DNA of 63,800 nt, filler included. It is 16 parts of 16 records of this genome, joined end to end, with 100 filler letters (N's around TTAATTAATTAA, not from the genome) between each part and the next. Parts side by side here need not be neighbours in the genome. Positions count along the whole stretch, not along the records: positions 1 to 3,738 come from SRR7504441_132059; positions 3,839 to 8,035 come from SRR7504441_132121; positions 8,136 to 13,360 come from SRR7504441_132266; positions 13,461 to 16,907 come from SRR7504441_132449; positions 17,008 to 20,859 come from SRR7504441_132496; 11 more parts are not named here. The stretch is one strand, 5' to 3'. The translations under genes and the position numbers were made by a program. The number at the start of each line of letters is the position of its first letter. Position 1 is the first letter of the stretch. Below, piece by piece: positions 1 through 17,619 of this stretch. The notes below the pieces were generated by a model that worked only from the letters and a program-made list of their open reading frames with translations, was not told where the DNA came from and did no database searches.

Positions 1-52
1 GGGGCCACCAGCAGGCTCGCGGGCCGCACTTAGGAGCCGACCAGCCGCCCGA

Positions 53-3000
53 GTGGCCGACGGCCTGTCGGATCCGGTGTCGGCGGACAGGAGCGCCGGG
101 CTCGCGGCCGACGCGCTCGCGGCGGGTGCTGCACGTGCGCAGCTGGCGCCTGCGACGGAGCCGGGCAGAGAGCAAGTTGGAATGAGGGAGCGCACTGCTC
201 AGCGAGAGAATCACGCCCACATGCTCACACCGACGGGGGCTGCCCCAGACGACCGGTCGACGCGAGAAGGCTGCAGCACCGAGCCGCGGGCTGCAGGGCA
301 ACGACCGCACGGACTGCGAGGCGATGCTGGGGTTAGCTCGACTGGTTCCAGGCAGCAGTCTGGTGCTGCGGGCGCTACAACAACCGAGCAGCAGCAGCAT
401 GTGGCGCCTGTTACAGAGGCTGCAGCCCAGAGGCCCCACGAAGCTGCTAGTCCGGTGCAAGGTGCCAGCGAGCGCATATCTGCCAGCACCCTCCCAATTG
501 AAGCCCGGCTGCCTCAGCCCAAGTGGATGGACGATGCAGTGCAACGGACAGAGCTCTCTGCGAGCCGCCGCCGACCATTCACTAGGCGCCCGTCCACTGA
601 TTCGCGGCGAGTCGACCAGTCCCGCGCTGAGCAACCGCCGGCTAGCCAATTGAAGCTGACTCGGGCCTTGGTCGATGGCCCTCCTACAGGGGGGCAGCCG
701 TTTGGACCGAGAGTTGGCGCGAGTGTCCTTGGCGGTGGCGAGCGGCGAGGAGAGATCCGAACGACCATCCAGGATGCGGTGCAGAGAGAGGGCCTGTCTG
801 AAAAGGAGCAGCCGGCTGGGCAAACAGATCAGCAGAGGGGATCAACAATGGCATTTGGTACCAACACCTCGCTTTGTATAGTTCAAACTGAGCCGCAAGC
901 ACAGAAGACTGAAGAAAGTGCTGTCGTGCAATCAGCCCCCAAGCCGCAGCCGAAAGCCCAGCCAGATATCGAGAGGGCCGATGAGACTGTGGCACCCCCT
1001 TCGCCAAAGCTGCCATCCGGTGCTGCGGCCCAGCCGCAGAGCAAGAGAGCCGATGATGCGACATTGCACCGATTGGAGGATCAACAGCAGAACGATGTGG
1101 CTGTAGCAAGCGTTGAGAAAAGTAATGCAGTCGCTATGAAGGCTGCGGAGAAGGCCAGATTCGAATTAGGCCGCCAGAAGACAGAGTCAGCCGAGCTGAG
1201 GTCTGTGTTTGATCAGGTCAACCGACAAAAAGAGGAAGCTGAATCCAAGCGTATGGCTGCGCATGCAGCGTTTGTGAAAGCCAGCGCGGAACACAAGTGC
1301 GATTCTGATGCATACAGACAGGCAAAGCAAGATTTCGAAGACGCCAAGGCTGAATCGGACAGTCTTAAGGAGGCTGCCACAAAAGCCAAGCAGGATTTTT
1401 TGAATGCATCGCCCAAGCAACAATCGGCGGTTGCAGCCGAGCCACACACAAAGAGGGCTGACGATGCGGTAGTACATCCGCCACCTGAGCAGGATTCAGC
1501 TATTGCAGCCGAGCCACACACCCGGATGGCCAACGATGCCGCATTGCATCTGTCGCCCAAGCAGCAATCGGCTGGTCCAGCTCACCCACATGGACTCGAA
1601 ATCCAAGATTCAGCGCAGAGGATCGGTGCTTCGGAGGACGGAGATGCGGCGTGTCGGGCTGAGGACACATCCGAGCAGCCCTCATCGGAGCACTCAGTGG
1701 TGAGGCATGAGATGTCTGAGCAGCCACACGAGCTGCTCGAGACGAGCTGTGGCACCAGGCGCCGGAACAGCGTAACGCAGACGTCGTTGCACAAGTCGAT
1801 GGGTGATTTATTTCCAGCACTCGATCTTGACGGAGATGGTTTGATTTCTATGAAGGATGCCGCTGTATCCTTGCATCGCAATCCTGTCTTTTTAGAGTTC
1901 ATGCAGGCGGTTGGTCTGACTGAAGAAAGGCGAGTGGACAAAGAGGAGTGGATGAGTTACTGGACGTCGGCCGAGGCACAGAGACTTTCCCAAGCTGACG
2001 CAGAGCAGCTCGAGAAGATTGCTCAAGAGGCGTTTGCTGTGTGGCGTATGACCTGGCCCAGTCCGACAGCGGCACGGAATCGTATCTGGATGGAACTATT
2101 TCGCAAGACATCGGTGGTTGGGCCACGGGAGGTACAGCAGGCCGCCGTGCGTGGATGGCAAGTGAACTGGCGCGGCTCCTTGCAGAGCACCACGGGTCTT
2201 GTGACTGTCAAGCGCTCGATGGCCCGATGGCTCTATGTCAGTGGCCTGTTGGGTGTGGATGACCTTAGCATTGCGGTCTGTGAGTGGCGATATGGGCTCC
2301 AACGGACTCAGAGACAGCGGGTCGAGAACCTAGTGCAGCAAGTGTTTCAGCTTCTCGACGTGGACAGCAGCGGGACTCTTGAGCCTGTGGAGATGGAATT
2401 CCTTCGAGGTCGCAAGGAGGAAAAGTACTTGCAGCAGGATCTGGCTTCACACCGCAAAATAGGACAAGTCAGCGATCTGGCTTCACAGCAGACTTCTGAC
2501 CAGCGGTTGGATGATGAACTAGAGATAGGCTACGGCGAGTGGCAGGGATACTGGAGGAGCACCGTCGCAGGGGACGATTCCATGGTTGAGGAAAAACTAT
2601 TGCAGCTGAAAGCCGTCATTGATCGCCATCGAGCGTCCACGGGTGCGTCGGGCGTGTACAATAACAAAATCGCGGCATTGGCAAACAAAGTGTTTGAAGC
2701 GATGGACCGAGACTACAGTGGCGTATTGGATTTGAACGAAGTGCTTCAGGGGTTTGAGAATGACGATGCCGCGCTCAAGATCATAGACGAAATCGAAAAT
2801 CAAGCAGCGAGGATCCACAGAGAACAGATCGAGCGGGGAGAGTGGTTGCAGTACTGGTTGTTGAGGGCGAGAGTGAACGAGGCCGCTGCAGAGATGCAGC
2901 TCAAGCAGATTCAAGCCAGCATGAAGGCCCGTGCTAGCTTTGGCAGAACTCGGCTTAGAGATATGTCGCAGCGACAAATGCGCCCGCATAGTGCACGGGT

Positions 3001-3738
3001 TGAGAAGCTGGGCCAGAAGGTGCGTAGCATTTGCCTTTGCACGGGATAATGTGATGACCAGGTATTCAAACTGCTCGACTTGGACAACTCTGGCTCACTG
3101 ACTCAAGACAACGTGCTGACGGCAATCAGATGCGACGTGAAAATGGCAGAATTGATGGCAATGATTGATACTTCGAACGATGCAGACATTACGATTCACG
3201 AGTGGATGAGCTACTGGCACTCGTTCGACAGTGGAAGCGAAGAGACCGCAGAAGTTGCACTGATGCAGCTGCAAGGTGTGATGAAACGAGCACTGCGAGA
3301 TGACATGCGGCCGTACAATGCTAAGGTCGAGGCGCTTTCAGAGGAAGTGTTTATCTTGCTTGATCAAGACGGGACTGGTGTGATCGACAAGGAAGAGGTG
3401 ATGGCAGTAGTCAACAGTCCGTGCCACAGCCGTAAAGGTAACACTGTTGGCCAGGAAGCGGTGGTGCTTGACTTGGCAGGAAAGTTATTCGAAATGGCAA
3501 GTTCCGGTGAGGATGTCATTCAAATGGGCTCAGGGGTGAAACCCTTGCCATCAATCATGAGTCCCGAGGGAAGGGAGAAATGCTTGGCTGCGATGAACGA
3601 AATGGACAAGGATCGCGACGGGAACATAACCATTTGCGAGTGGAACAATTGGTGGATGCGGGTGCCACCAATTGAAGCTGAAAGGCTGCTACGCACGACG
3701 CTAGCCCAACACGGGCGCAAACCTGGAGACATCCGTCG
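53..3738 (+). CDS. Large multi-EF-hand protein with low-complexity N-terminus (3' truncated, start uncertain)
   Basis: ORFs 53..3049 and 3080..3790 join in frame via a 42-nt GT-AG intron (3020-3061) that contains the stop. Repeated EF-hand loops DLDGDGLIS, DVDSSGTLE, DRDYSGVLD, DLDNSGSLT, DQDGTGVID, DKDRDGNIT. Confidence 0.8.
1408..1575 (+). repeat. Imperfect 72-nt (24-aa) coding tandem repeat
   Basis: SPKQQSAVAAEPHTKRADDAVVHP / PPEQDSAIAAEPHTRMANDAALHL / SPKQQSAG, with a related copy near 1000-1070. Confidence 0.75.
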
Positions 3739-3838
3739 NNNNNNNNNNNNNNNNNNNNNNNNNNNNNNNNNNNNNNNNNNNNTTAATTAATTAANNNNNN
3801 NNNNNNNNNNNNNNNNNNNNNNNNNNNNNNNNNNNNNN
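3739..3838. other. Artificial contig spacer (N44-TTAATTAATTAA-N44), first of 15
   Basis: Identical 100-nt linkers with stops in all six frames also start at 8036, 13361, 16908, 20860, 24330, 28004, 31601, 36065, 39453, 42846, 46770, 50737, 55514 and 60571. Confidence 0.98.
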
Positions 3839-4183
3839 GGGCGTCGACCAGCCCTTTGCACGTGTAGGCGGTTACCCCGTCTCCACCCAATCGTGTCTTA
3901 GTGTCTTTGATCGTGTCAAAGTGCGGACTCAATCGAGTATCAGTCGAGCGGAGGTATTTCGGCGGTTGCTCGTACTCCACGTCAAATTATCAATTAGTAC
4001 GTAATCTATTCAGATAATGGCCACTTTTAAGTCTATTGATTGATTAACTAGCATAAGAAGTTCAGTTGTACACCTATAGTTTTTGGTTCCACATATGGTG
4101 ACATGATTAGCTGCTTAGCTGAATTATGGATCGACGCAGTAATGTACTAAGACAGACAGATGGTGATGGAAGTTAGAGCAGAT

Positions 4184-7100
4184 TTAGCCAACCACCACTG
4201 TAAGCTTTTTGGGCATGGGAGGGTCTGGAGATGAGTATGGGCCCTTGGGAGTGAGGGGCAGATCCTCACCGTCAGTATCGAGAAGTGCCACGATCTTCTC
4301 CAGCTTGAGCTTGCACATCAATTCGTGGGGTTGGACAGGCTGAGAAGTGAGCCTTGCGAGCTTTGCCTTTGCTTCCTCAAGCGGAGTGAGGCCCCATCTA
4401 TCAACTGGGTGCAGGTCGAAACCATGCCTCTTATAGTGCTTGACGAGGTACTTGACCACCTGCCAGATGGTCAACCCAGCAGTTGAAGCGTGGCGACACC
4501 TCGTAGTGGCCCTCGACAGCAGCCAGGTGGAACGGTGTTCGCCGGTCATAGTCGCCCTCTTGGACAGTCTCTTTAGGGCACATGCCCATGAGCCACTTTA
4601 AGGCCTGCAACCACATGCTGAGCCAGCGTTTTCACATCTATCCATATACCTTAACATCATTCAGGCTTGCGGCGGCGATCAGCTCGCCAATCTTGGAACA
4701 TTTATTGGTCATCCGGAGCAGTGTGAGTTGCTTCTTGATCGAGTTGCTTGCCTCGTAGTTATGCACCTTACGTGGACACACATGTTATTTAGCCAGGGTG
4801 CGATAGCTTGCTCACCGCAAAGCACTCGGCAAACTTTCTGCAAAACTCCACACCACGGACAGAGTTGCCTGCACGCACAGCATGTCACTGCCAAGTACCC
4901 TGGAGCTCCCCACCGTCGCCGTCCAGTCGGGGCGACCAGGTGCATATTCCCATTACATTGGGGATCACTACCAGAAGAGAGCCGCCTACGCCTGACTTGG
5001 AGGGGAAGCCCATCTTGAAGCTGAACTCCCCTGACGCATCGTACATCCCGCAGGAAGACATCAGCGTGAGACAAAATTGGCAGGTCTCAGCAGAGAAGAC
5101 TTGCACGTCACTGATTGGGCAGCGACCTACACCAATCACGTCAGACCACATGCAAACGGGTGCGGACCCACCCGAATTTGCAAGTGACGCTGCGACGACA
5201 GCGAGTTCAGATGCAGTGAGAGTGATTGAACAGCACTTGAAATAGAACTCGAGGGTCTCTTCCATCATCTGCCGAGCTAAAGTAAGCACCAAGGCTGAGC
5301 GATATCCACCTGAGAAGTTGTTCCTTCAGGGAATGCGCCGTTCTCCATCATCATCCAGGCCAAGCAGTGGTTCCGGTACGCAGTGGCAGACTCGCCAGCA
5401 TATACATCCTCATCCACCTGTGGGAATATTTAGCCTTGCAATGCCTTAGGCTCAGTTACCGCAGGGGCTGAAGGATCACCAGCAAGGTCACCCCAGGCCT
5501 GCACACAGTATCATGAATATGTGGATGCTTATGCTGGACCAGACCTGGAGTGCATAGGCGATTCGCTCATCCAGAGTCGAGTCGGGCTTGACCATCGCAC
5601 ATGCCATGATAGCCCCTGCCAAGGCAACCGATGACGCTTCGACATACACTCATGCACTGACCTGCGTTCACGCATGGATTGTGTGGCAGGCCAGAAGCTC
5701 CTCGCCCACCATTAAGCCTGTAGTAGCACTCATCTATCCCAGCAAGTGCCGAGATGCCACCTTTTGTTAAGAACCAGCTCGTTGAATGGAACACCAGAGG
5801 GCTCAACACCGAGATGCTGGTGCACGTAATCAACATTCGTGTCCCTTACCCCAATGCAGTAGGTGATAGGCTTCGAGCTCGATTGCACACAGAACTTCTG
5901 TGTCGTGTCGCCGATTGACATCCGCTGCCCATCGATAGTGCAGATTGAGACGCCCCAGCATTCAGCGTGCGGAGTGTCGCGCAGTGGTGGAATGTATTGG
6001 GCAACTTGACCCTGATCGACAGTCTCGTCATCCTTGACCTCAGTGTACATTCGAGCAACCTGTTGAATCTCAAGGCACGTGCCAGTGAGTTGCAGATACC
6101 TCCTCAGACAGGGCATGCCAATCCTTTACAATGAGGTCTCCAACCACCCCCCGGAGAGCAACAGGGCAATTCTGTGATGCGGTTATCAGCACGCTGCCAA
6201 CCCAAGAGACACCTGGATGAACTCCAGCCACTGTTCCTCGCCGATGTCATCTTCTGGCAGCTTTGAATAGTGCTGCACAATCCGCTGGTCTTGCTCGGGG
6301 TTGAGGCCCATGGACCTGCCAGCAAGGCTCAGACGCCACGGGACAGCACGCTGGGTACATGAGCGCTGCCTTTACTTCACATTTCCGCAGCACTTCTTTG
6401 CCATCGGAGTCCACGATGGTCAGAGCGTGATATGAGCTGTGTCTGGGTTCGCCAGAAGCACCGCTGTAGCCAACTGCTTCGAGATTGTGGGCTTTTGCCA
6501 TCTGTGCAACCAGATACCTGTGCAAGCAAGCATCTCATCAGCATCAAGCAGAGATAATCATTACTCGGTGGTATCGGCGCGAGCTGCATTGGTGGCCGGG
6601 CTGCTGTGTATATCTACCCTCATTGCCTCCCGCAGCGGCGTGTTCCCGTATCGGTCGCGTACATTCATATCAGCGCGCTTCTCAACCAGCAGCTTGACAC
6701 ATGTGGTGTGACCTTGGGCGGACGCCTACGTCCGTCTGTGAATGGTCAAGACAGGGAAGCCACTCACCAGATGCAATGCCGAGCGCTGATCATAGTCGAC
6801 CAGGTTGATGCTGACACCCTGTGCCACCCTAAAGCCTATAACTTGTCCCGCCCTCACCTCAGCGATCAACCGGCGGATTGTATCGCACTCGCCGTCCTTG
6901 GCGGCCCAGAGCAGCGAGACCAGCTTGTCGTCCTCGCTCTGGCAGCCGTTCTCGTCGAGCTTGGGGTTCTTCTTGTTTTTGGGCTGATTGAACCAGCCGA
7001 GTCGTGAGCTCGACGGCGATCTCGGGGAACAGGGCGGGGTGACCTTGTTGCCATCAATCACCGCCGATGTCACGACTCGACTGGCGTAGTTGTGGATAGC

Positions 7101-7983
7101 ATATTCATGCTGGAGTGCCTCAAGGAAGCGCATGCCTGCCACCAGTCAACTGACAGCTGAGCTTGCTCGTGGCACCTCGCACAGAGTTGCCATTCTCGTT
7201 AAGACGCGGCGAGAAGGTGGCGATGCCCATCAGTCCGGGGATCACCGCCATGATACACCCGCCCACTCCGCTCTTGGCTGGGATCCCGATCTTGAACCCG
7301 AATTCACCGGACGAGTCGTTCATCCCACAAGAGTACCTGCCGCACCGCCTCAGCCCAGCTCCAGCTCCGGCTCACATCAGCGAGAGGCAGTTGGCCACCA
7401 CCCGCTCGGCGAACACCCGCTCGCCTGTTAGAGGGCAGATGCCTGCCAGCCGAGATGGGCGGCAGCCCGGCTGAGCGCGACCTCCATTGGCGAGTGTGGC
7501 AGCCACCACCGACATCACCTCCACGTCGACCTCGAGAGAGCACATCCTGCCACAGGTGAGCGGCCGGCCCGGGGGCGGGCACATGAAGTAGAACTCGAGC
7601 GTGGCGTTCAGGTCCACCTTCTCCGGGAAGGCGCGCGCCTCCTGCATCAGGTACGCCAGGCAAAAGTTCCGATGCGCAGTCCCCCGCTCCGACAGATACG
7701 TCTGCCCGGACGGTCGGCGCTGGCTCCAAAGCAGCCAACCCACCGCGTTGGAGAAGGAGATCTTGCCCACCTTGCCGCTCAGCTTGCGCCAGATCGTCTC
7801 AGCGTACTCAAACCTGTCGCCGGGCTCACAGGCGGAGGGGGGCGCTCACCGGGCGGACATCTCTAGCTGGTTGCCGGTGAGCGAGCAGGTCATGATCGCC
7901 CCGGTGCTGATCAGCGGGTTGTGCGGGATGGCCGGCGGCAGGACCCAGCTCTTGCGCTTCTTGTACACCTGCTCACGCTTCTC
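4184..7983 (-). CDS. GLS: Glutaminase (GLS-type) with two tandem glutaminase+ankyrin units, about 20 introns, 5' truncated
   Basis: Spliced translation. Unit 1: [39 protein letters not shown], ankyrins [10 protein letters not shown] and DRYGNTPL. Unit 2: [42 protein letters not shown], ankyrins [12 protein letters not shown] and DRWGLTPL. Stop TAA at 4184-4186. Confidence 0.9.
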
Positions 7984-8307
7984 CTGATCTGGCAGATCGG
8001 ATTGGCTGCAGCCCGACTGTCAGCCCCCCCCCCCCNNNNNNNNNNNNNNNNNNNNNNNNNNNNNNNNNNNNNNNNNNNNTTAATTAATTAANNNNNNNNN
8101 NNNNNNNNNNNNNNNNNNNNNNNNNNNNNNNNNNNAACAAAGACTAGTTGATTTTAAGTTGATTTAGGCAATGAATCTAATGATACGTATGTTTAATATT
8201 GCATGCATTGAGCCTGATGCATGTAAATGCATGGTACTTTCAGAAGGTTGACGAGGGAACTCGTACATTGGGATGAAAATAAATGTACCTTACAAGTAGC
8301 AGCATGT

Positions 8308-13360
<5,053 letters not shown>

Positions 13361-13460
13361 NNNNNNNNNNNNNNNNNNNNNNNNNNNNNNNNNNNNNNNN
13401 NNNNTTAATTAATTAANNNNNNNNNNNNNNNNNNNNNNNNNNNNNNNNNNNNNNNNNNNN

Positions 13461-14100
13461 AGTCAAACTTGACATAGTGAAGACCTTTGAGGTCACCTGC
13501 AATTCCTAGCTTCGACTGATTGGGGCAGTGACAGTTTGATCATGCACGAATGACCATGACTGTCATCGTCAGAGACGTTTCGACTGGCGAATGCGAGATT
13601 TTCTGCAAGGGCAGTCCAGAAAAAATTGGTGATCTCTGTGGATCAGCCACCCCACCCGACTATGACCGTGTCCACAAGACCCACTCAACCGAAGGCTGTT
13701 ACGTTCTAGGGATGGCGACACGAAAGCTTGGAAAGGTAGCTTGGCGGCATCTGGTTCTATGATGCTGAGCTGAGCTATCTGGCACTGCTTAGGTAAGCGA
13801 GACCGAGTTGTCCAGCATAACTCGAGACCAGGCAGAAAACAGTGCTCAGCTTTCATTAATCGGCCTGGTGTGTCTCCTTCTGCCCCACATTTCCTCCAGC
13901 ATTCTTACTTGAGGGCGGTGCTAGGTGATGTTCCGCAATGAATTAAAACCGACCTCAGCAGATGCCATGGCACAGCTCAAAGCTGGTGATGTTCGAACTA
14001 TCATGCTCACTGGCGATAATGCACAGTGTGGTTGTTACATAGCACGGGCTGTTGGCATGGTTGAGCCCACGCAGCTGGTGCTCTTTGGAGATGACCCGGA
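13461..14100 (+). CDS. P5-type ATPase (ATP13A-like), internal N/P-domain fragment
   Basis: With three short introns: KTFE|FDHARMTMTVIV, FCKGSPEKI, GCYVLGMATR, MFRNELKP, IMLTGDNAQCGCYIAR. Confidence 0.85.
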
Positions 14101-14109
14101 GAGAATTGG

Positions 14110-15726
14110 AGTGATAGAGTGGATAAAACACACAATTGCATAGATTCCGAGCAGGCAGAAGACTAGTGGAAGCTCCTCGTCGTACTTGAATGTCATCGGC
14201 TGAGGATGCAGAATTGTCGAAATCAACTGGCCTTTGTTTGCTCGGATCCCTGTGGCCGTTACTAGCGCAATAGGGAGCTTGTCGGCCGAACCATCATTGC
14301 ATCCTGCTTGAAGGACAGTGGTGCCCCCGAATAGAGTGCTGTTTCTATGCTTTGAAGGGCTGTACTCCAGCTCAGTTGGCAGGAGCACGGTCTTCCCAAT
14401 GGGCATGGATTCACCAGTAAGGCCAGACTCATCACACACGGCAGATCCGTGCACCAACACCATGTCGCAAGGAGCAATGGCTTCCCCAGGGACTCTCACC
14501 ACGTCGCCTGGAACCAGGTCCTGGGAGCAGACTTCTTGCCAGTGGCCATCACGCTTCACTGGAATCTGCATCTTGTAGCCAGTCATGGAGGCAACCGTTT
14601 TCTGCTGCACTCGTGCCAAATATACCTTGACAACCATTGAGAAGATGACGACCGAGGCGAGAATGATCGCTACCATCAGATAGCTAAACCAGAACCATAC
14701 AATGTACATCGTGAACTGGTAGAGATAAAAGTACGAAAAAGTCTCCTCCATCAGCAGCGTACCCCAGCTTGAGACTCCGAACGGGATCGTATTAGGCCCG
14801 ATTGTGCTCAACCTTGCCGAAACCTCTGCGGCCGAGAGACCCTTCTGCGCATTTTCGAGGAGGTCAGCTGTGCTGGTGCCAATATTCACTTCAGCGGGGG
14901 CAAACGTGCCATTCAGAAGCACGAGCCGCCTGCACTCGAATTCAATATATTTGATGCCCTGTTCGGTCAACACTGGCACAGTCTCCGTGTGCATCGGTGC
15001 CTTGGCGCAGGACCCGGTCAGCTTCATCCACATCTGGAGTATCTTAGAGGGATTCATAACCATCCTCTCAGCAGTAATCGGAGAACTCACCTGAACAAAC
15101 TCGGCCTGTTCCAACGGCACCGGAATCCGAAGCCAGTTCTGGAGCCGTCCACCATATCCGACCATAAAGGCATACCACGGGACGGCGAGTATCCAGACTA
15201 CGAAATAGTACTTTGAATTCGTGTCATAATCGCCCGTGATGATGTAGTTTCCGTAGAAGCACGTGCTGTCGATGCTCTTGAACTCGCACTTATTGTACTG
15301 GTCGACCAATAGCAGGGTGAACAACGCCACCCAGGAGATCGAGAGCAGCACCAGCAGAAACATCGCTATGTCCCCGAACAGGCTGGACTGATATCCCAGC
15401 ATCAACGGGCCACGCTCCGCCTCCATGTCGACCGTGGGGGAGAGCTGCGCGGCCTCGTCCTGGCCGCTGAACCACGTTGCGTCCTTGTCCACCATCTCTA
15501 TCGAGATCTGCACATCTGGCTGGACCGGTTGCTTCAGACTGCCGCGCAGCGTGTGCTCCTGCCGGACCCGCCATTTCTTGTACACGGCGAAAGCGAGGCA
15601 CCAGAGCGCGACTACGCCCCAGAAACAGTAGACCACGACCGGCCCGGCAGAGGTCGGGGAGGAGATGTCTGGTGAGCAATTGGGGTCGGCGGTGCACGAT
15701 TGCGGGCCATCCGGATAGACGGGCAT
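14110..15726 (-). CDS. P5-type ATPase (ATP13A-like), N-terminal half
   Basis: GPNTI, FYLYQF, DLVPGDVV, PCDMVL, DESGLTGESMP, TLFGGTTVLQ, KGQLISTILHP. It breaks off before the DKTGT phosphorylation motif. Confidence 0.85.
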
Positions 15727-15986
15727 GACCGCAGAGCCCTGGAACCAGTGAACGCTACGGCAGGCGGCAAAGGGGCTCGCGTCTTTGAGATCTGTGACAG
15801 GCCGTTGCTTTAAAACGGCAAGCGGGCACCGCCGGTGTCGGCCCTGGGAGTTTTATGTCTTACATGTAGATGACTCATTATGATATCATTCTGATCCTTG
15901 TAACACGACATGTACACGACATCCTATCGAATTAGCATTTCAATATCAATAAGTTTACGTAACAGGGTAGCTTCTTTACCACCTCA

Positions 15987-16907
15987 TCACGGCACATTGC
16001 AATCGCCGCCCTGCCCCCCCAGCTTTGGGTCGTTCACCGCGTCAAGCTGGGCCATATCGCTCCGGCTCAATTCGAAATCAAACAGCTCAATGTTCTGCCT
16101 CTGGTGCTCCTTGCTCCCCGACCGTGGTATGAGCGGCACTCCGCGCTGCACCAACCAGCGGAGCGAGACTTGGGCCCCAGTCTTACCGTACTTCTTGCCA
16201 ATGCCACGGGTTAGCTCGCCGTCGACTAGCGCGCTGTCGTGGCACTGCCCGCACAGCGGCATGAAACTCTGGTATGTAATGTTGTGCCCAGCATCGTATC
16301 GCTTGCCATCAGTCTTGTTCAGGCCACTGTGTGCCATCCCGACGTGGTACTCCACCTGATTAAGCGCCACTGGCCGCCGGGCCACCTCTAGAATCGCCGC
16401 CAGGTGCCTCGGGCAAAAGTGCGACACCCCAATCGCCCGAGCGGCTCCGCGATCCACCGCCAGTTCGAGCACCCGCCATGTGCTCAGCCGGCTGGTTGGG
16501 CCGCCCTGGCCGGACCAAGTAGCCGGATAGTGGATCAGCAGCAGGTCTAGGTAGCTCGTGCCCAGCTCCGCCAGGCACTGCTGTACTGCCTCGGTCGCCT
16601 CGGAGCTGTTCAGCCCTCCAGGGATCTTGGACGTGATGAACAGCTGTTGGCGGGGTATGCCAGACTCCCTGATGGCGCGCCCCAGCGCGGGCTGCGTCTC
16701 GTAGCCCAAGGCCGTGTCAAAATGACGGTACCCGAGCGCCAGGGCCTGCCTAGCCCCGGCATAGACCGCGCTGCTGTTGCCAGCCCAGTAGCCTCCCGTG
16801 CCCAGGCCAACCAGTGGCATGCGCACCCCCGGGGCTATAGTGACAGTCGGCATTGCGGCCGAGGCAGCGTTTGCTCCCAGCACTCCCAGCAGCACTCCCA
16901 GCACCGC
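15987..16907 (-). CDS. Aldo-keto reductase with signal-peptide-like N-terminus (start cut by contig end)
   Basis: MPLVGLGT; catalytic tetrad in HFDTALGY / ITSKI / LLLIHYP; IGVSHF, NQVEYH, IPRS; no introns. Confidence 0.92.
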   Translation of the reverse strand, partial: AVLGVLLGVLGANAASAAMPTVTIAPGVRMPLVGLGTGGYWAGNSSAVYAGARQALALGYRHFDTALGYETQPALGRAIRESGIPRQQLFITSKIPGGLNSSEATEAVQQCLAELGTSYLDLLLIHYPATWSGQGGPTSRLSTWRVLELAVDRGAARAIGVSHFCPRHLAAILEVARRPVALNQVEYHVGMAHSGLNKTDGKRYDAGHNITYQSFMPLCGQCHDSALVDGELTRGIGKKYGKTGAQVSLRWLVQRGVPLIPRSGSKEHQRQNIELFDFELSRSDMAQLDAVNDPKLGGQGGDCNVP

Positions 16908-17007
16908 NNNNNNNNNNNNNNNNNNNNNNNNNNNNNNNNNNNNNNNNNNNNTTAATTAATTAANNNNNNNNNNNNNNNNNNNNNNNNNNNNNNNNNNNNN
17001 NNNNNNN

Positions 17008-17409
17008 CTGCAGGAGCTGTCTAGAGCGAGTGAGGTGGCCGGCCCGGTCCTGCGCAGCTCTAGCAGTCGGTCGCACAGTGCTGGAAGGATGCTCGAGCCT
17101 AGTCAGGAACGACCTGAGCCCGCGCCGGCCAAGCAGACCCCGGAGGCAGAGATTCGAGAGCTGGCGCCGGTTGGAGTGACGGCGTGGCTCGGGCTGGCTG
17201 AGGGTTGGCAGGTGAGCGAATCTGGACCAGTGTCGCCGACGACTAAGCTGCTGCAAGAGATCCGAGAGAGGAGCCAGAACAGCACCGAGGAGAGCCTCAG
17301 GGCGCTCCAGAAGGAGCGTGACACGCTGGTGCGGGAGAGCGAGCAGCTGCGCAAGATATGGTACGAGGTCTCGCGCCCCACTACGTCAGGTGGGGACGAT
17401 GTGTCTTGA
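17008..17409 (+). CDS. 3' end of an uncharacterised protein with a short coiled coil
   Basis: Open frame ...LLQEIRERSQ...LQKERDTLVRESEQLRKIW followed by an AT-richer 3' region. Confidence 0.45.
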   Translation: MQELSRASEVAGPVLRSSSSRSHSAGRMLEPSQERPEPAPAKQTPEAEIRELAPVGVTAWLGLAEGWQVSESGPVSPTTKLLQEIRERSQNSTEESLRALQKERDTLVRESEQLRKIWYEVSRPTTSGGDDVS

Positions 17410-17619
17410 GTTGCCTCGAGTGGCGTCACTTTCCTTAAATTGTAAGTCCGAGCAGCACGCGTGCATTTAATAAGTAAACGCATGCAATGGCATCTAGACG
17501 TTTGCCAAACTCCTCTATAACTTAGGATAATAGATCTTATGCCGGAGAGAGGCGGCTAGCTGTACTAGCTACAGCAAGCTACGGTAGTACGTATCTTATG
17601 GCTGCCCGTGCCGTCAACT

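Noticed and set aside
3020-3061. Stop-codon readthrough or alternative genetic code suggested by in-frame stops between same-frame ORFs (also at 54250)
   Set aside because: Each stop lies inside a 3n-length short intron, and TAA, TAG and TGA all serve as real terminators elsewhere.
3739-3838. Regularly recurring TTAATTAATTAA palindrome as a CRISPR or other biological repeat
   Set aside because: Always centred in N runs of fixed length; it is an artificial six-frame-stop linker. Adjacency of genes across it has no biological meaning.
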